Positions 18,118 to 27,455 of a DNA stretch of 64,000 nucleotides are shown one piece after another. Numbering within the stretch: the stretch's first letter is position 1; each line of letters begins with the position of its first letter. Source of the stretch: Fidelibacterota bacterium. GTDB lineage: Bacteria; Fidelibacterota; Marinisomatia; Marinisomatales; TCS56. The stretch lies in NCBI GenBank assembly GCA_043822705.1, contig JBDRBK010000082.1:1-64000 (forward strand), in the 5' to 3' direction. The position numbers were made by a program, and so were the translations under genes. The notes beneath the pieces are model-generated. The model was not told the origin of the DNA. It ran no database searches and worked only from the letters and a program-made list of their open reading frames with translations.

Positions 18118-20205
18118 ATGCCTTTCACTAATAATTATTGCAGCCGGTCTTCAAGAAGCGGAATCTTCTTTTTGAGCGTGGTCCTGCTATCCTTGGTCCT
18201 GCTGGTGAATGTTGCAGTGGCCCGCGATAATACGGTCCGGTCGATGCCATCACTGGAGAAGATCATTCCGGTTGGAGCGACACCGCACACGATTGGAAAT
18301 ATCTGGGTAAATCTGTTCAACTACGGCCGTTTCGGCGACGAGGATATGGTCACGCCATCGATGGAATGGCCTGGCGGTAGTGGCAATATGCATTTGTTCT
18401 CCGGCGCCCTCTGGGTAGCCGGTCGCGATGCTACCGGTACGATTCACTGCACAGCCGGGGAAGAAGACGAATTCTTCCCGCTGTTGACGCAGGCCCGGAT
18501 CGATTCCTTCACTGCGATTAACGGCAGTGCCTTTGCGACCGACCAGTACAGTATCGTACTGGCTTCGGCCAACCGTCCCGACGCCAATCTGGTGGATGTG
18601 GATTACTACCTGTGGTATGACACCGACATTTACGGAAGACGCGATTTCGATGATGACGGCGACGGTTTAGTGGATGAAGATCCACTGGACTTTATTGATA
18701 ATGACGGTGGTGGACAGATCAATGAGGATTTTGCGGCGGTGTCCGAAGAGGATACCTACACGATTTACAGCGATCTGTGGCAGAGCCGGCATAATGCCGG
18801 TGAATCGCCACTGGGAATCGAAGTGATCGAACGTACCTATGCCTGGAGTTACAGTTACGCCCAGGATTTCGTCATCTACGATTTCGAAGTCAAAAACGTC
18901 GGTACTTCATCCAATGCCGATTCCGACGATCCCAGCATTGTCGACCCCGACACCCCGGGCAACCTGACTGAAGTCTATCTGGCGATGAAATATGATTTCG
19001 ACATTTCGTCGCTGGCGTCCGGTGAATACTGGTATGACGATCTGACCGAATATCTGGCCAGTGACAAGCTGTCATATGGTTATGACGGCGATGATCCTGA
19101 AGTTACCGGTAATGATGCCGGTGAAGGTGGCCTATCCACCGGCTATCTGGGTATCCGGACATTGGATACTTCGATACCGGACGGTAACGGCAATCAGGGT
19201 ATTCCCGCATCCCATAACTGGTGGACCATCGATGACGACCCATCTTCGGATGCGTTGAAATTCCAGTACATGTCCAATGGTGTCTATGCGGCAGTGCCGC
19301 CGGCACCGTATGATTATCGCTATCTGCATGCCATCGGACCCTTCAACTTGGCTCCCGGTGCCAGCGTGCGCTGGTACGCCGCCGCCGGCGTCGGTCGTGG
19401 TCTGGGTGGTCGGGAAGATCCCAATCCGCACAATACCCGTGGCAGTCTCCGTGATATAATGGCGTTCGCTCAGGAACTGTACGATGCCGACTGGCTGGCA
19501 GCGACACCACCACCGGCTCCAACGGTAGAAGTATCCTACACCGAAGAAGGCTACGTACAGTTGGATTGGTCGTCCAGTGCTTCAACCGTTGAAAATTACA
19601 TTGATCCGTTGTCCGGCGAAGCCGATTTCGAAGGCTACCGGGTCTACAAGAGCGACCGTTCCGACAATACCGGTACGCGGATCTGGCTGCCCCTGGCATC
19701 CTATGATGTCATGGGTGATGGTGTCGGAGCAGAGACCGGTTTGGCCTACACCTATCTGGACAAGGAAGTAAATCGTGGGTTTACCTATTACTATGCTGTC
19801 ACTTCGTTTGACGATGGTTTAACACCAATCGGCGTACTTGAGACCTCGCGGACTTCCAACCTGCGCGTGGATGTTGCATCAGCGCCGACCGAATCGGTCG
19901 ATAATGTGGCCGTGGTACCCAATCCCTACAAAGGCAGCGCGATCTGGGACCATGTGCCATCATTTGATGAGCAGTGGTGGTCCAAACTGCAGTTCATCAA
20001 CCTGCCGGAAGGTAAATCCACGATCCGGATCTACAGTCTGACCGGTGATTTCATTATCGAACTGATCAACGATGATGGTGACAGTTTTGAAAATTGGGAC
20101 CTTATCAGCAGACGTGGTGCCGATATTTCCAGTGGCGTCTACATGTTTGTCGTCGAAGACGACAAGGGCGACACCAAGGTCGGTAAATTTGTCGTCATGC
20201 GTTAA
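18118..20205 (+). CDS. Secreted surface protein with FN3-like and VVPNPY-type C-terminal domain (cassette 1)
   Basis: SD GGAGG; signal peptide; PSMEWPGGSG; DxDxDG loops; PPPAP linker; FEGYRVYKS; VAVVPNPY..LQFINLP..IRIYSL.G..WD..SGVYMF..GKFVVMR. Confidence 0.78.
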   Translation: MPFTNNYCSRSSRSGIFFLSVVLLSLVLLVNVAVARDNTVRSMPSLEKIIPVGATPHTIGNIWVNLFNYGRFGDEDMVTPSMEWPGGSGNMHLFSGALWVAGRDATGTIHCTAGEEDEFFPLLTQARIDSFTAINGSAFATDQYSIVLASANRPDANLVDVDYYLWYDTDIYGRRDFDDDGDGLVDEDPLDFIDNDGGGQINEDFAAVSEEDTYTIYSDLWQSRHNAGESPLGIEVIERTYAWSYSYAQDFVIYDFEVKNVGTSSNADSDDPSIVDPDTPGNLTEVYLAMKYDFDISSLASGEYWYDDLTEYLASDKLSYGYDGDDPEVTGNDAGEGGLSTGYLGIRTLDTSIPDGNGNQGIPASHNWWTIDDDPSSDALKFQYMSNGVYAAVPPAPYDYRYLHAIGPFNLAPGASVRWYAAAGVGRGLGGREDPNPHNTRGSLRDIMAFAQELYDADWLAATPPPAPTVEVSYTEEGYVQLDWSSSASTVENYIDPLSGEADFEGYRVYKSDRSDNTGTRIWLPLASYDVMGDGVGAETGLAYTYLDKEVNRGFTYYYAVTSFDDGLTPIGVLETSRTSNLRVDVASAPTESVDNVAVVPNPYKGSAIWDHVPSFDEQWWSKLQFINLPEGKSTIRIYSLTGDFIIELINDDGDSFENWDLISRRGADISSGVYMFVVEDDKGDTKVGKFVVMR

Positions 20206-20228
20206 GGCCAGGGAAGTAAAGGAGAATT

Positions 20229-21206
20229 ATGATGAATAAATATATCGTTTCGATCATCTGCATACTGCTGGCAGTCAATCTGCTGGTGGGTCAGGATGCC
20301 GATCAGAAAGTAGGTATGACCGGAGCCAAGTTCCTTGCTATCCCTGTCGGTGCCCGCGCGGCCGGAATGGGGGAAGCCTTTACCGGAATTGTTGACGACG
20401 GTTCGGCGATTTTCTGGAATGTGGCCGGAATCGCCAAGCTGGACGGTCACGGTCTGTTTGTTTCCAACACCCAATGGCCCGCCGATATCCAATTCGAGGC
20501 GGCCGCGATCACCATTGACGTAGCCAGAATGGGCAAACTGTCCTTCAACATTGTCGCCATGCACATGGGGCAGATGCGGGTGAGGACAGCCTATCAACCG
20601 GATGGCACCGGAGAAATGTTCACTGTTCAGAGCTTCGCCGGCGGTCTGGGCTGGGCCAAGGGTCTAACCGACCAGTTTGCCATGGGCTTGAATCTCAAAT
20701 ACATTCGTGAGGAATTTGCCGGGCTGGTTGCGGCCGGCTGGGCCATCGATGTCGGTTCCCTGTACGATACCGGCTGGAATGGCATGAAAATCGGTATGTC
20801 GATGACCAACTTCGGTTCGGACATCGCTTTCGATGGCACATTCCGCAAGTGGTACGATCTGGAGACACCCGGCGTCCTGACTCGTTTCGACGAGTATGCC
20901 CTGCCGCTGACCTTCCGGTTTGGTATTACCATGGATGTGCTCGAGATGGGCAGTTCCAAAATAGTGCTGGCCGCCGATGCGATCCATCCGCCAGACAACA
21001 AGGAGTTGGTCAATTTGGGTTTTGAAATGCGCATGGCGCAGATGGTTGCCCTGCGTGCCGGCTACAAGATCGGCGTGGATGAGGGCGGCTTGACGGCCGG
21101 TGTCGGACTGAATCTGCCCTTCATGGGCACGGCTATCGATATGGCCTACAGCGCTTTTGGTGAACTGGGTAATGTTACCAGAATATCTTTAGGTATGAAC
21201 TTCTGA
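20229..21206 (+). CDS. PorV/PorQ-like (UPF0164) outer-membrane beta-barrel (cassette 1)
   Basis: AKFLAIPVGARAAGMGEAF..D.SAIFWN.AG; C-terminal ISLGMNF. Confidence 0.85.
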   Translation: MMNKYIVSIICILLAVNLLVGQDADQKVGMTGAKFLAIPVGARAAGMGEAFTGIVDDGSAIFWNVAGIAKLDGHGLFVSNTQWPADIQFEAAAITIDVARMGKLSFNIVAMHMGQMRVRTAYQPDGTGEMFTVQSFAGGLGWAKGLTDQFAMGLNLKYIREEFAGLVAAGWAIDVGSLYDTGWNGMKIGMSMTNFGSDIAFDGTFRKWYDLETPGVLTRFDEYALPLTFRFGITMDVLEMGSSKIVLAADAIHPPDNKELVNLGFEMRMAQMVALRAGYKIGVDEGGLTAGVGLNLPFMGTAIDMAYSAFGELGNVTRISLGMNF

Positions 21207-21240
21207 TCTATACTTAATCGATCCTCGATTAGCTGATAGA

Positions 21241-21272
21241 AAAAGGGTGATATGGCGCTATCACCCTTTTTT
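21241..21272 (+). terminator. Intrinsic terminator of cassette 1
   Basis: AAAAGGGTGATA-TGGCGC-TATCACCCTTTTTT. Confidence 0.8.
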
Positions 21273-21411
21273 CTTTTTCCCAAAGGATGATTTATTAGTC
21301 GGAAGCGTTCGGACATATTTTTATATTCGGGACGGAAGTGTTATGAATTGAAGACACTGACTGACCAAACCGATCAGTGCCTGGCAGTCCGCCAGCAGAA
21401 AGGAACAGCCA

Positions 21412-22872
21412 ATGCGTCCAGCAGTCAAATTTCTGTCGAATGAGTTAATCGAAAAAATTTATGGTGAGAGTATCCGGGTGCTGGAAACGCTCGGAATCGA
21501 AATCCGTTATAGCGCAGCCCTGGATATTCTGGCCGCCGCCGGTGCCGCCATCGACCGGGAACATTGCCGGGTTAAAATACCCGAGCAACTGGTGCGGCAG
21601 GCGGTCGCATCGGCACCGTCGTCCTTCGGTTTATACGATGTGCTGGGTAACCAGACCAATCATTTCGCCGACGATCGGGTGCATTTCACGCCCGGTTCGG
21701 CCGCCCTGAATATTCTTGATCATGCCACTGGAACGGCCCGCCGGCCGACTTCCGCCGATTATGTCGATTACGTCAAAGTCATCGATCGACTGGATAATAT
21801 CGCCGCCCAGAGTACCGCCCTGATTCCCGATGATGTGCTGGACCCGGTTTCCGACAGTAACCGGCTTTACCTGAGCCTGCTGTTCGGCGAAAAACCGGTC
21901 GTGACCGGTACCTTCAGCGCCGCCGCTTTCACGGTGATGCTGGATCTGCAACTGGCCGTCCGCGGGTCCGAAGCGGCCCTGCGCGAAAAACCGTTGACGG
22001 TATTTTCCTGTTGCCCGACTTCGCCGTTGAAATGGAGTGAGGTAACTACGCGGAATCTGATTGACTGCGCCCGTTATTCGATCCCGGTGGAACTGATCGC
22101 CATGCCGCTGTCGGGATTCGTCGCGCCGGTGACGCTGACCGGCTCCCTGATTCAGCACAGTGCCGAGAACCTCTGCGGGCTGGTCCTGAGTCAGTTGGTC
22201 AATCCCGGTACGCCGGTTCTGTACGGCGGTTCCCCGGCCGTTTTCGACATGCGCTACGAAACGACGCCCATGGGCGCCATCGAGACCATGATGATCGACT
22301 GCGCCTACAATGAAATCGGAAAATACCTGGGACTGCCGACCCAAGCTTATATTGCCCTCAGCGACGCCAAACTGCTGGATGCCCAGGCCGGGCTGGAAAC
22401 CGGCATCGGCGCCTGCCTGGCGACGTTATCCGGGATTAACAGCCTGTCCGGTCCCGGCATGCTCGATTTTGAGAGCTGCCAGAGTCTGGAAAAGCTGGTG
22501 CTGGATAATGAAATCGCAGGCATGTGCCTGCGGCTGGCCCAGGGGATCACCCCCCGCGATGATTTCCCGGCCATACCACTGTTAGAGGAACTAATGCGGT
22601 CCGACCACCTGTTGATCGCCGAGCATACCATGCGTTATCTGCGCCAGGAGCATTATTTCCCCGGACCGGTGATCGATCGGGCCAACCGGTCGCGCTGGGC
22701 GGAGGAAGGTCATCAATCCCTGGGTGACCGGGCGCACCGGGAAGTCCGGCGACTGATTGCCGAATACCAGCCTTCACGGTTGCCGGAATCGGTCAAACAC
22801 GACCTCCGGGAGCGGATGACCGCCGAGGTGCGCAAATACGGCGGCAGTCTGCCTCCGCTGGCCGGAACCTGA
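21412..22872 (+). CDS. MttB-superfamily (trimethylamine methyltransferase-like) corrinoid methyltransferase, non-pyrrolysine
   Basis: SPLKWS, P.SG..APVTL.G.L.Q..AE.L.G, PG.PVLYG, GAIET, GLP....LSDAKLLDAQAGLE, GMLDF....S.EKLVLDNEI; no in-frame TAG. Confidence 0.88.
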   Translation: MRPAVKFLSNELIEKIYGESIRVLETLGIEIRYSAALDILAAAGAAIDREHCRVKIPEQLVRQAVASAPSSFGLYDVLGNQTNHFADDRVHFTPGSAALNILDHATGTARRPTSADYVDYVKVIDRLDNIAAQSTALIPDDVLDPVSDSNRLYLSLLFGEKPVVTGTFSAAAFTVMLDLQLAVRGSEAALREKPLTVFSCCPTSPLKWSEVTTRNLIDCARYSIPVELIAMPLSGFVAPVTLTGSLIQHSAENLCGLVLSQLVNPGTPVLYGGSPAVFDMRYETTPMGAIETMMIDCAYNEIGKYLGLPTQAYIALSDAKLLDAQAGLETGIGACLATLSGINSLSGPGMLDFESCQSLEKLVLDNEIAGMCLRLAQGITPRDDFPAIPLLEELMRSDHLLIAEHTMRYLRQEHYFPGPVIDRANRSRWAEEGHQSLGDRAHREVRRLIAEYQPSRLPESVKHDLRERMTAEVRKYGGSLPPLAGT

Positions 22873-22875
22873 CCG

Positions 22876-23571
22876 GTGGACAATATTCTTCAATTTGACC
22901 TGACCGCCCTGACTCCGGCGGATCGACAGGTGCTGAGTCAGCAGGGAATACCGGCGGACTGCGCCATCTCGCCGGCCGTTCAGTCATTGTTGGACCGGGC
23001 CAAAATTATTTATCGGCGAACCGCTCACCCGGCTGGTCTGCAGGAAGTAATTACAGCAGTTGATTTTGGCGCTGTTTTTAGCGGGGAGGGGGATAATGAC
23101 CCAGAAGCGCCGCTGTCACTGATTTTTCCTCAAGCCCGGAATCTGGCACTGTTCGCTATCACATTGGGGCCGAAAATCAGTGCGGCAATCGAAGCACTGT
23201 TCAACGATGGCGACTTTGCCCTCGGTTACATGCTCGACACCATCGCGTCACTGGCCGCCGATGAAGCTGTCAATCTGTTGGAACAACAATATGCCCGGAC
23301 TGACACAATCGCCGGCGATACAGCGCTGGCCTACAGTCCCGGTTATTGCGGCTGGCATATCAGCGGTCAGAAAAAGCTGTTTAGTTTTCTGCAACCGGAA
23401 CGGATCGGCATCAGGCTGAACGAATCCTGCCTGATGCAACCGTTGAAATCAGTGTCCGGCGTAATAGTGGCCGGTGAGAAGAAAATTCATAAATTCAAGC
23501 CGGCGTTTGGGTTCTGCCGCAGTTGCCGAACGCATTCATGCCTGGCCAGATTTAACACATTGAACACCTAA
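22876..23571 (+). CDS. Stand-alone B12-dependent methionine synthase activation-domain protein
   Basis: FAITLG, YSPGYCGW, IGIRLNESCLMQPLKSVSGVI, C-terminal CxxC...C. Confidence 0.82.
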   Translation: MDNILQFDLTALTPADRQVLSQQGIPADCAISPAVQSLLDRAKIIYRRTAHPAGLQEVITAVDFGAVFSGEGDNDPEAPLSLIFPQARNLALFAITLGPKISAAIEALFNDGDFALGYMLDTIASLAADEAVNLLEQQYARTDTIAGDTALAYSPGYCGWHISGQKKLFSFLQPERIGIRLNESCLMQPLKSVSGVIVAGEKKIHKFKPAFGFCRSCRTHSCLARFNTLNT

Positions 23572-23589
23572 ATCAAAAGAACCTGACCA

Positions 23590-24225
23590 ATGGAAATTCT
23601 AAATCAACTAACCGCCGCTCTGCAAATAGGGGCTGATAAAACCGCTGCTGAACTGACAACCAGAGCCCTTGAGGACGGACTTACACCAGGGGAAATTCTG
23701 AACGGTGGATTTATTGCCGGAATGAACGTGATCGGAGAAAAATTCAAGCGCCATGAAATCTTCCTGCCGGAAGTTTTGCTGGCCGCCCGGGCGATGCAGG
23801 CCGGGATGGATCTGCTCAAACCGCTACTGTCACAGTCGGACCAGCGGGGATTAGGCACTGTGGTTATTGGCACGGTAAAGGGTGATCTGCATGACATCGG
23901 TAAAAATCTGGTCGGTATTATGCTGAAAGGCGCCGGCTTCGAGGTGATCGACCTGGGCAAGGATGTGGCACCGGAGAAATTCATCGAAACCGCTGCTGCC
24001 AGTGGCGCCGGTGTGATCGGGCTGTCGGCGCTGCTGACCACGACGATGCTGGTAATGAAAGATGTGGTCGACCTGCTGAAAAAACAGGATGATCTGCGGC
24101 AGGTAAAGGTTATTATCGGCGGTGCCCCGGCTTCGGAAGAATTTGCCCGGGAAATCGGAGCCGATGCCTACGGGTTCGATGCCGCCAGCGCCGTCGACCG
24201 GGTCAAACAACTGCTGGGTGCCTGA
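23590..24225 (+). CDS. Corrinoid (cobalamin-binding) protein
   Basis: FLPEVLLAARAM cap; GTVKGDLHDIGKNLV (DxHxxG); SALLTTTM; IIGGAP; IGADAY. Confidence 0.93.
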   Translation: MEILNQLTAALQIGADKTAAELTTRALEDGLTPGEILNGGFIAGMNVIGEKFKRHEIFLPEVLLAARAMQAGMDLLKPLLSQSDQRGLGTVVIGTVKGDLHDIGKNLVGIMLKGAGFEVIDLGKDVAPEKFIETAAASGAGVIGLSALLTTTMLVMKDVVDLLKKQDDLRQVKVIIGGAPASEEFAREIGADAYGFDAASAVDRVKQLLGA

Positions 24226-24226
24226 A

Positions 24227-25111
24227 ATGAACCGGCTGATCCGGAGACTGGAAGCCGGTGAAATCCTGGTTGGCGACGGCGCCATGGGCACGATGCTGTT
24301 CGAGCAGGGCCTGAAAACCGGTGATTGTCCCGAAAAAATGAATCAGACCCACCCGGATGTCCTGCAGGCAATCGCCCGTGCCTATGCCGAAGCCGGCGCC
24401 GACATCGTTTCGACCAACAGTTTCGGTGGTTCACCGGTCAAACTGGCGGAGTACGATCTGGCCGACCGGACCGAAGAATTGAACGGGCTGGCAGTAAAAT
24501 TGGTGCGGGAGGCGGTGGGATCGGAAATTATCGTCTCCGGCTCCTGCGGCCCCACCGGCAAACTGCTGCTGCCCTATGGCGATGCCGAACCAGGCGAACT
24601 GTTGGCCGGCTTCAAACGCCAGATCGGCGCCCTGGTTGCCGCCGGTGCGGATGTCATCTGTATCGAAACCATGATCGATCTGCAGGAAGCGTTGCTGGCG
24701 CTGCGAGCCGCCCGGGAAGTGGCGCCGCAGGTACCGGTAATGGCGACCATGACCTTCGATAAAACACCGAACGGCTACTTCACGATCATGGGAACGGCAG
24801 TGGCGGTGGCTGCCCGCGAACTGGCGGCGGCGGGGGCTACAGTGGTCGGTTCAAATTGCGGCAACGGCCTGGACCGGATGATCGAGATTACCGGCGAATT
24901 CAAAAGTGCGACAGATCTGCCGATCATGATTCAATCCAATGCCGGATTACCGGAATGTATATCCGGACGGTTGGTTTATCCGGAGTCGCCGGATTATTTT
25001 GCCGAGCGCATCGGCCGGCTGATCGAGGCCGGAGCCGCCATCATCGGCGGTTGCTGCGGTACGACGCCGGCTCATATCCGGGCCGTCCGCAATGCAATTG
25101 ATAAGAAATGA
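24227..25111 (+). CDS. Homocysteine S-methyltransferase domain protein
   Basis: DGAMGTML, AGADIVSTNSFG, GPTG, IETM, G.NC, SNAGLP, IIGGCCGTTPAHI. Confidence 0.92.
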   Translation: MNRLIRRLEAGEILVGDGAMGTMLFEQGLKTGDCPEKMNQTHPDVLQAIARAYAEAGADIVSTNSFGGSPVKLAEYDLADRTEELNGLAVKLVREAVGSEIIVSGSCGPTGKLLLPYGDAEPGELLAGFKRQIGALVAAGADVICIETMIDLQEALLALRAAREVAPQVPVMATMTFDKTPNGYFTIMGTAVAVAARELAAAGATVVGSNCGNGLDRMIEITGEFKSATDLPIMIQSNAGLPECISGRLVYPESPDYFAERIGRLIEAGAAIIGGCCGTTPAHIRAVRNAIDKK

Positions 25112-25139
25112 AGGTTGTACTATTAATAACGAGGCTCAA

Positions 25140-25985
25140 ATGAAATCCGTTCTATCAAGATTAGTGGTCACCGTTTTTATCTTTCTGTCCATCATTGGCT
25201 GCACCAATCGCTGGGAATGGCTGGCCACGCTACCGAAACCATGGTTATTGAGCGAAACGCAGGTATCGGCCATTCTACCCGAGTTCCTGAAGAAATTCCC
25301 GGCTTTCGATGAACGAATCAAGGCTTTTGCCCTGTGGCGGGTCGGTACGCCCTATGAAATATTCAAGCTGGGCGAGGAAATTGCGCCCGATACCGATCCG
25401 ATCATCCGACTGGACGTTTCCGACTGCACCGGCCATGTCCTGACTACTCTGGCGTTCGTTCAGAGCCGCAGCTGGTCCGAAGCCCGGGAAAACATCATTA
25501 AAGTGCATTACAAACCTGATCCGAACGGCGTGAAAAAGCCGACCTATAAATCTCGCTGGCATTACACCGCCGACCGCTTGACCGCCAACCCGAATACAGT
25601 CGATATCACCATGAATTTATTACCGCCGGAAGAACTGGCTCTGGCCGAGGTTACCCTGAATAAAAAGGCTGACGGCAGTGAATTTCTGGACCTGGGCTGG
25701 AGTCGCCCGATCGCCTTGCACTATATCCCCAATTGTAAAATCAACGCTGAATTGCTGAAAAAACTGCCGGAGGTCTGCGGTGTATCCTTCGTGCGGAAAT
25801 CGTACTTCGACCTGGGAATTATATTCGGACATGAGGGCATGATTATTAATAACAAAGATCTGATCCATGCCTCCCAGTCGGCCGGAGAGACGGTAATTCT
25901 GGACTTCCTGGACTATTATTTCCCATCGGGTGGTGCTTTTTTTGATGGCATCGTAATCAGCCGCTTCAACCAACTCGATAACTGA
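25140..25985 (+). CDS. DUF1460 / NlpC-P60-like N-acetylmuramoyl-L-alanine amidase lipoprotein
   Basis: Lipobox IIGC; GTPY....LGE; RLDVSDCT (catalytic Cys); GHEG; LIHASQ. Confidence 0.75.
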   Translation: MKSVLSRLVVTVFIFLSIIGCTNRWEWLATLPKPWLLSETQVSAILPEFLKKFPAFDERIKAFALWRVGTPYEIFKLGEEIAPDTDPIIRLDVSDCTGHVLTTLAFVQSRSWSEARENIIKVHYKPDPNGVKKPTYKSRWHYTADRLTANPNTVDITMNLLPPEELALAEVTLNKKADGSEFLDLGWSRPIALHYIPNCKINAELLKKLPEVCGVSFVRKSYFDLGIIFGHEGMIINNKDLIHASQSAGETVILDFLDYYFPSGGAFFDGIVISRFNQLDN

Positions 25986-26305
25986 TCTCTTATCACGCGA
26001 TGCGTCCTGAGCCGGTCATTTGCCGGGACGGTCAGACGCGGTAGTTACGCCCGGTCGGATTGCTATCGGTCGACGGAACCGACGGATCATGGTCAGCGGT
26101 ATTATTCTCAACTACTCCAACGCGTATTCAAATACGGAAAAATTTTAACAAAAAATATGGGTTTATCAACGCGGCGGTTATAACTTTCAATTGACTATTT
26201 CGCGCTTGGATTGCCAGATATCAGTCGCGCGGGATTTAGTCGGTACAACTGTCAGTTAGTTCAACAGCTTTTAGCGTCCATTCAGCTCAGACGCCAGAAT
26301 GAGTT

Positions 26306-27310
26306 ATGGTACCAAGCATAGAGCAATTTAAACTTACCTTAAAGCGTGGCCGTGGAGATCACCTGCCTCTGGCAGAGTTGGGTATTCACCCGACCATCAA
26401 AGAGAAATTTCTCGGACGTCCGATTATTTCACTCAGTGATGAGGTAGCATTCTGGCAATCTGCCGGTTACGATTATATTAAACTGCAGCCGCGGGCCGAC
26501 TTTAAAATTCCCGGACATATCATCGACGAAAGCATCGCCGGTTCCCGTTCCTGGGCACCGGAAGGACTGGGCCGGATCAATTCCTGGGCGGAATTTGACC
26601 GCTTTGATTTCATCACCGCCGCCGATATCGATTATACTGTTTTTGAGCAGGTTCGCCCGCTGTTGTCGCAAGGTATGGGTGTTATCGGCCAGTATGGTGA
26701 TATTTTCACAATGACCTGGGGGCTCATGGGCTTCGAAGGATTTTCATATGCCTTGTTCGAGAATCCCCAGTTAGTGGCTGCGATATTCGAGAAAATCGGT
26801 CAACCGGTACTGAGCATGTTTGAATATCTGGCACAGTGCGAAGCAGTCGATATCCTCTGGTTCAGCGATGATATCGCCTATACCAGCGGACTATTGGTTT
26901 CACCGGCTATTTTGCGCGAATATTTTTTCCCCTGGCTGAAAAAAATCGGCGATCTGGCACGCCGCTACAATAAACCGCTGATTTACCACTCCGACGGCGT
27001 CCTGTGGGACGTCATGGAGGATATTATTGATTGCGGTGTCGATGCTCTGCACCCGATCGAGCCCAGGGCGATGGATATCGCCGAGGTGAAACGGCGCTAC
27101 GGCGATCGTCTATGCCTGATCGGCAATCTGGATGTGGGCGATCTGGCCCTGGCCGAGCCGGATCAGATCAGACAGACTGTCCGCGAAATTTATCAGCAGG
27201 TCGGCTACAACGGCGGCTATTGCGTCGGGTCCGGCAACAGTATCCCGGACTATGTCAAATTTGAAAATTATCTGGCAATGCTGGATACGGTAAAAGAATT
27301 GAATGCCTGA
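26306..27310 (+). CDS. Uroporphyrinogen decarboxylase/MtaA-like family protein
   Basis: LMGFEGF, SDDIAY..GLLVSP, HSDG, GVDALHPIEP.AMDI..VK..YG, LIGN.D, GGYCVGSGNSIPDYV..ENY. Confidence 0.85.
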   Translation: MVPSIEQFKLTLKRGRGDHLPLAELGIHPTIKEKFLGRPIISLSDEVAFWQSAGYDYIKLQPRADFKIPGHIIDESIAGSRSWAPEGLGRINSWAEFDRFDFITAADIDYTVFEQVRPLLSQGMGVIGQYGDIFTMTWGLMGFEGFSYALFENPQLVAAIFEKIGQPVLSMFEYLAQCEAVDILWFSDDIAYTSGLLVSPAILREYFFPWLKKIGDLARRYNKPLIYHSDGVLWDVMEDIIDCGVDALHPIEPRAMDIAEVKRRYGDRLCLIGNLDVGDLALAEPDQIRQTVREIYQQVGYNGGYCVGSGNSIPDYVKFENYLAMLDTVKELNA

Positions 27311-27455
27311 TTACAGCAGATATTTGTCGGCAGTGACGAAAATTCAGTATCAGTCGATGTCCTTATCCGGCTGGTCGCAGCGTCGTCGTTCTGCGGCCCT
27401 AATCACTAAATATTTCAGCCCGAACTTGGTAACCATGCTTGGAGGTTAGCGAAGG

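Noticed and set aside
21273..21411. Cobalamin or SAM riboswitch before the methyltransferase cluster
   Set aside because: No B12-box or SAM-I core recognisable and the space is short; an Rfam scan would settle it
21412..22872. Pyrrolysine-containing MttB
   Set aside because: No in-frame TAG; the expected site carries Leu
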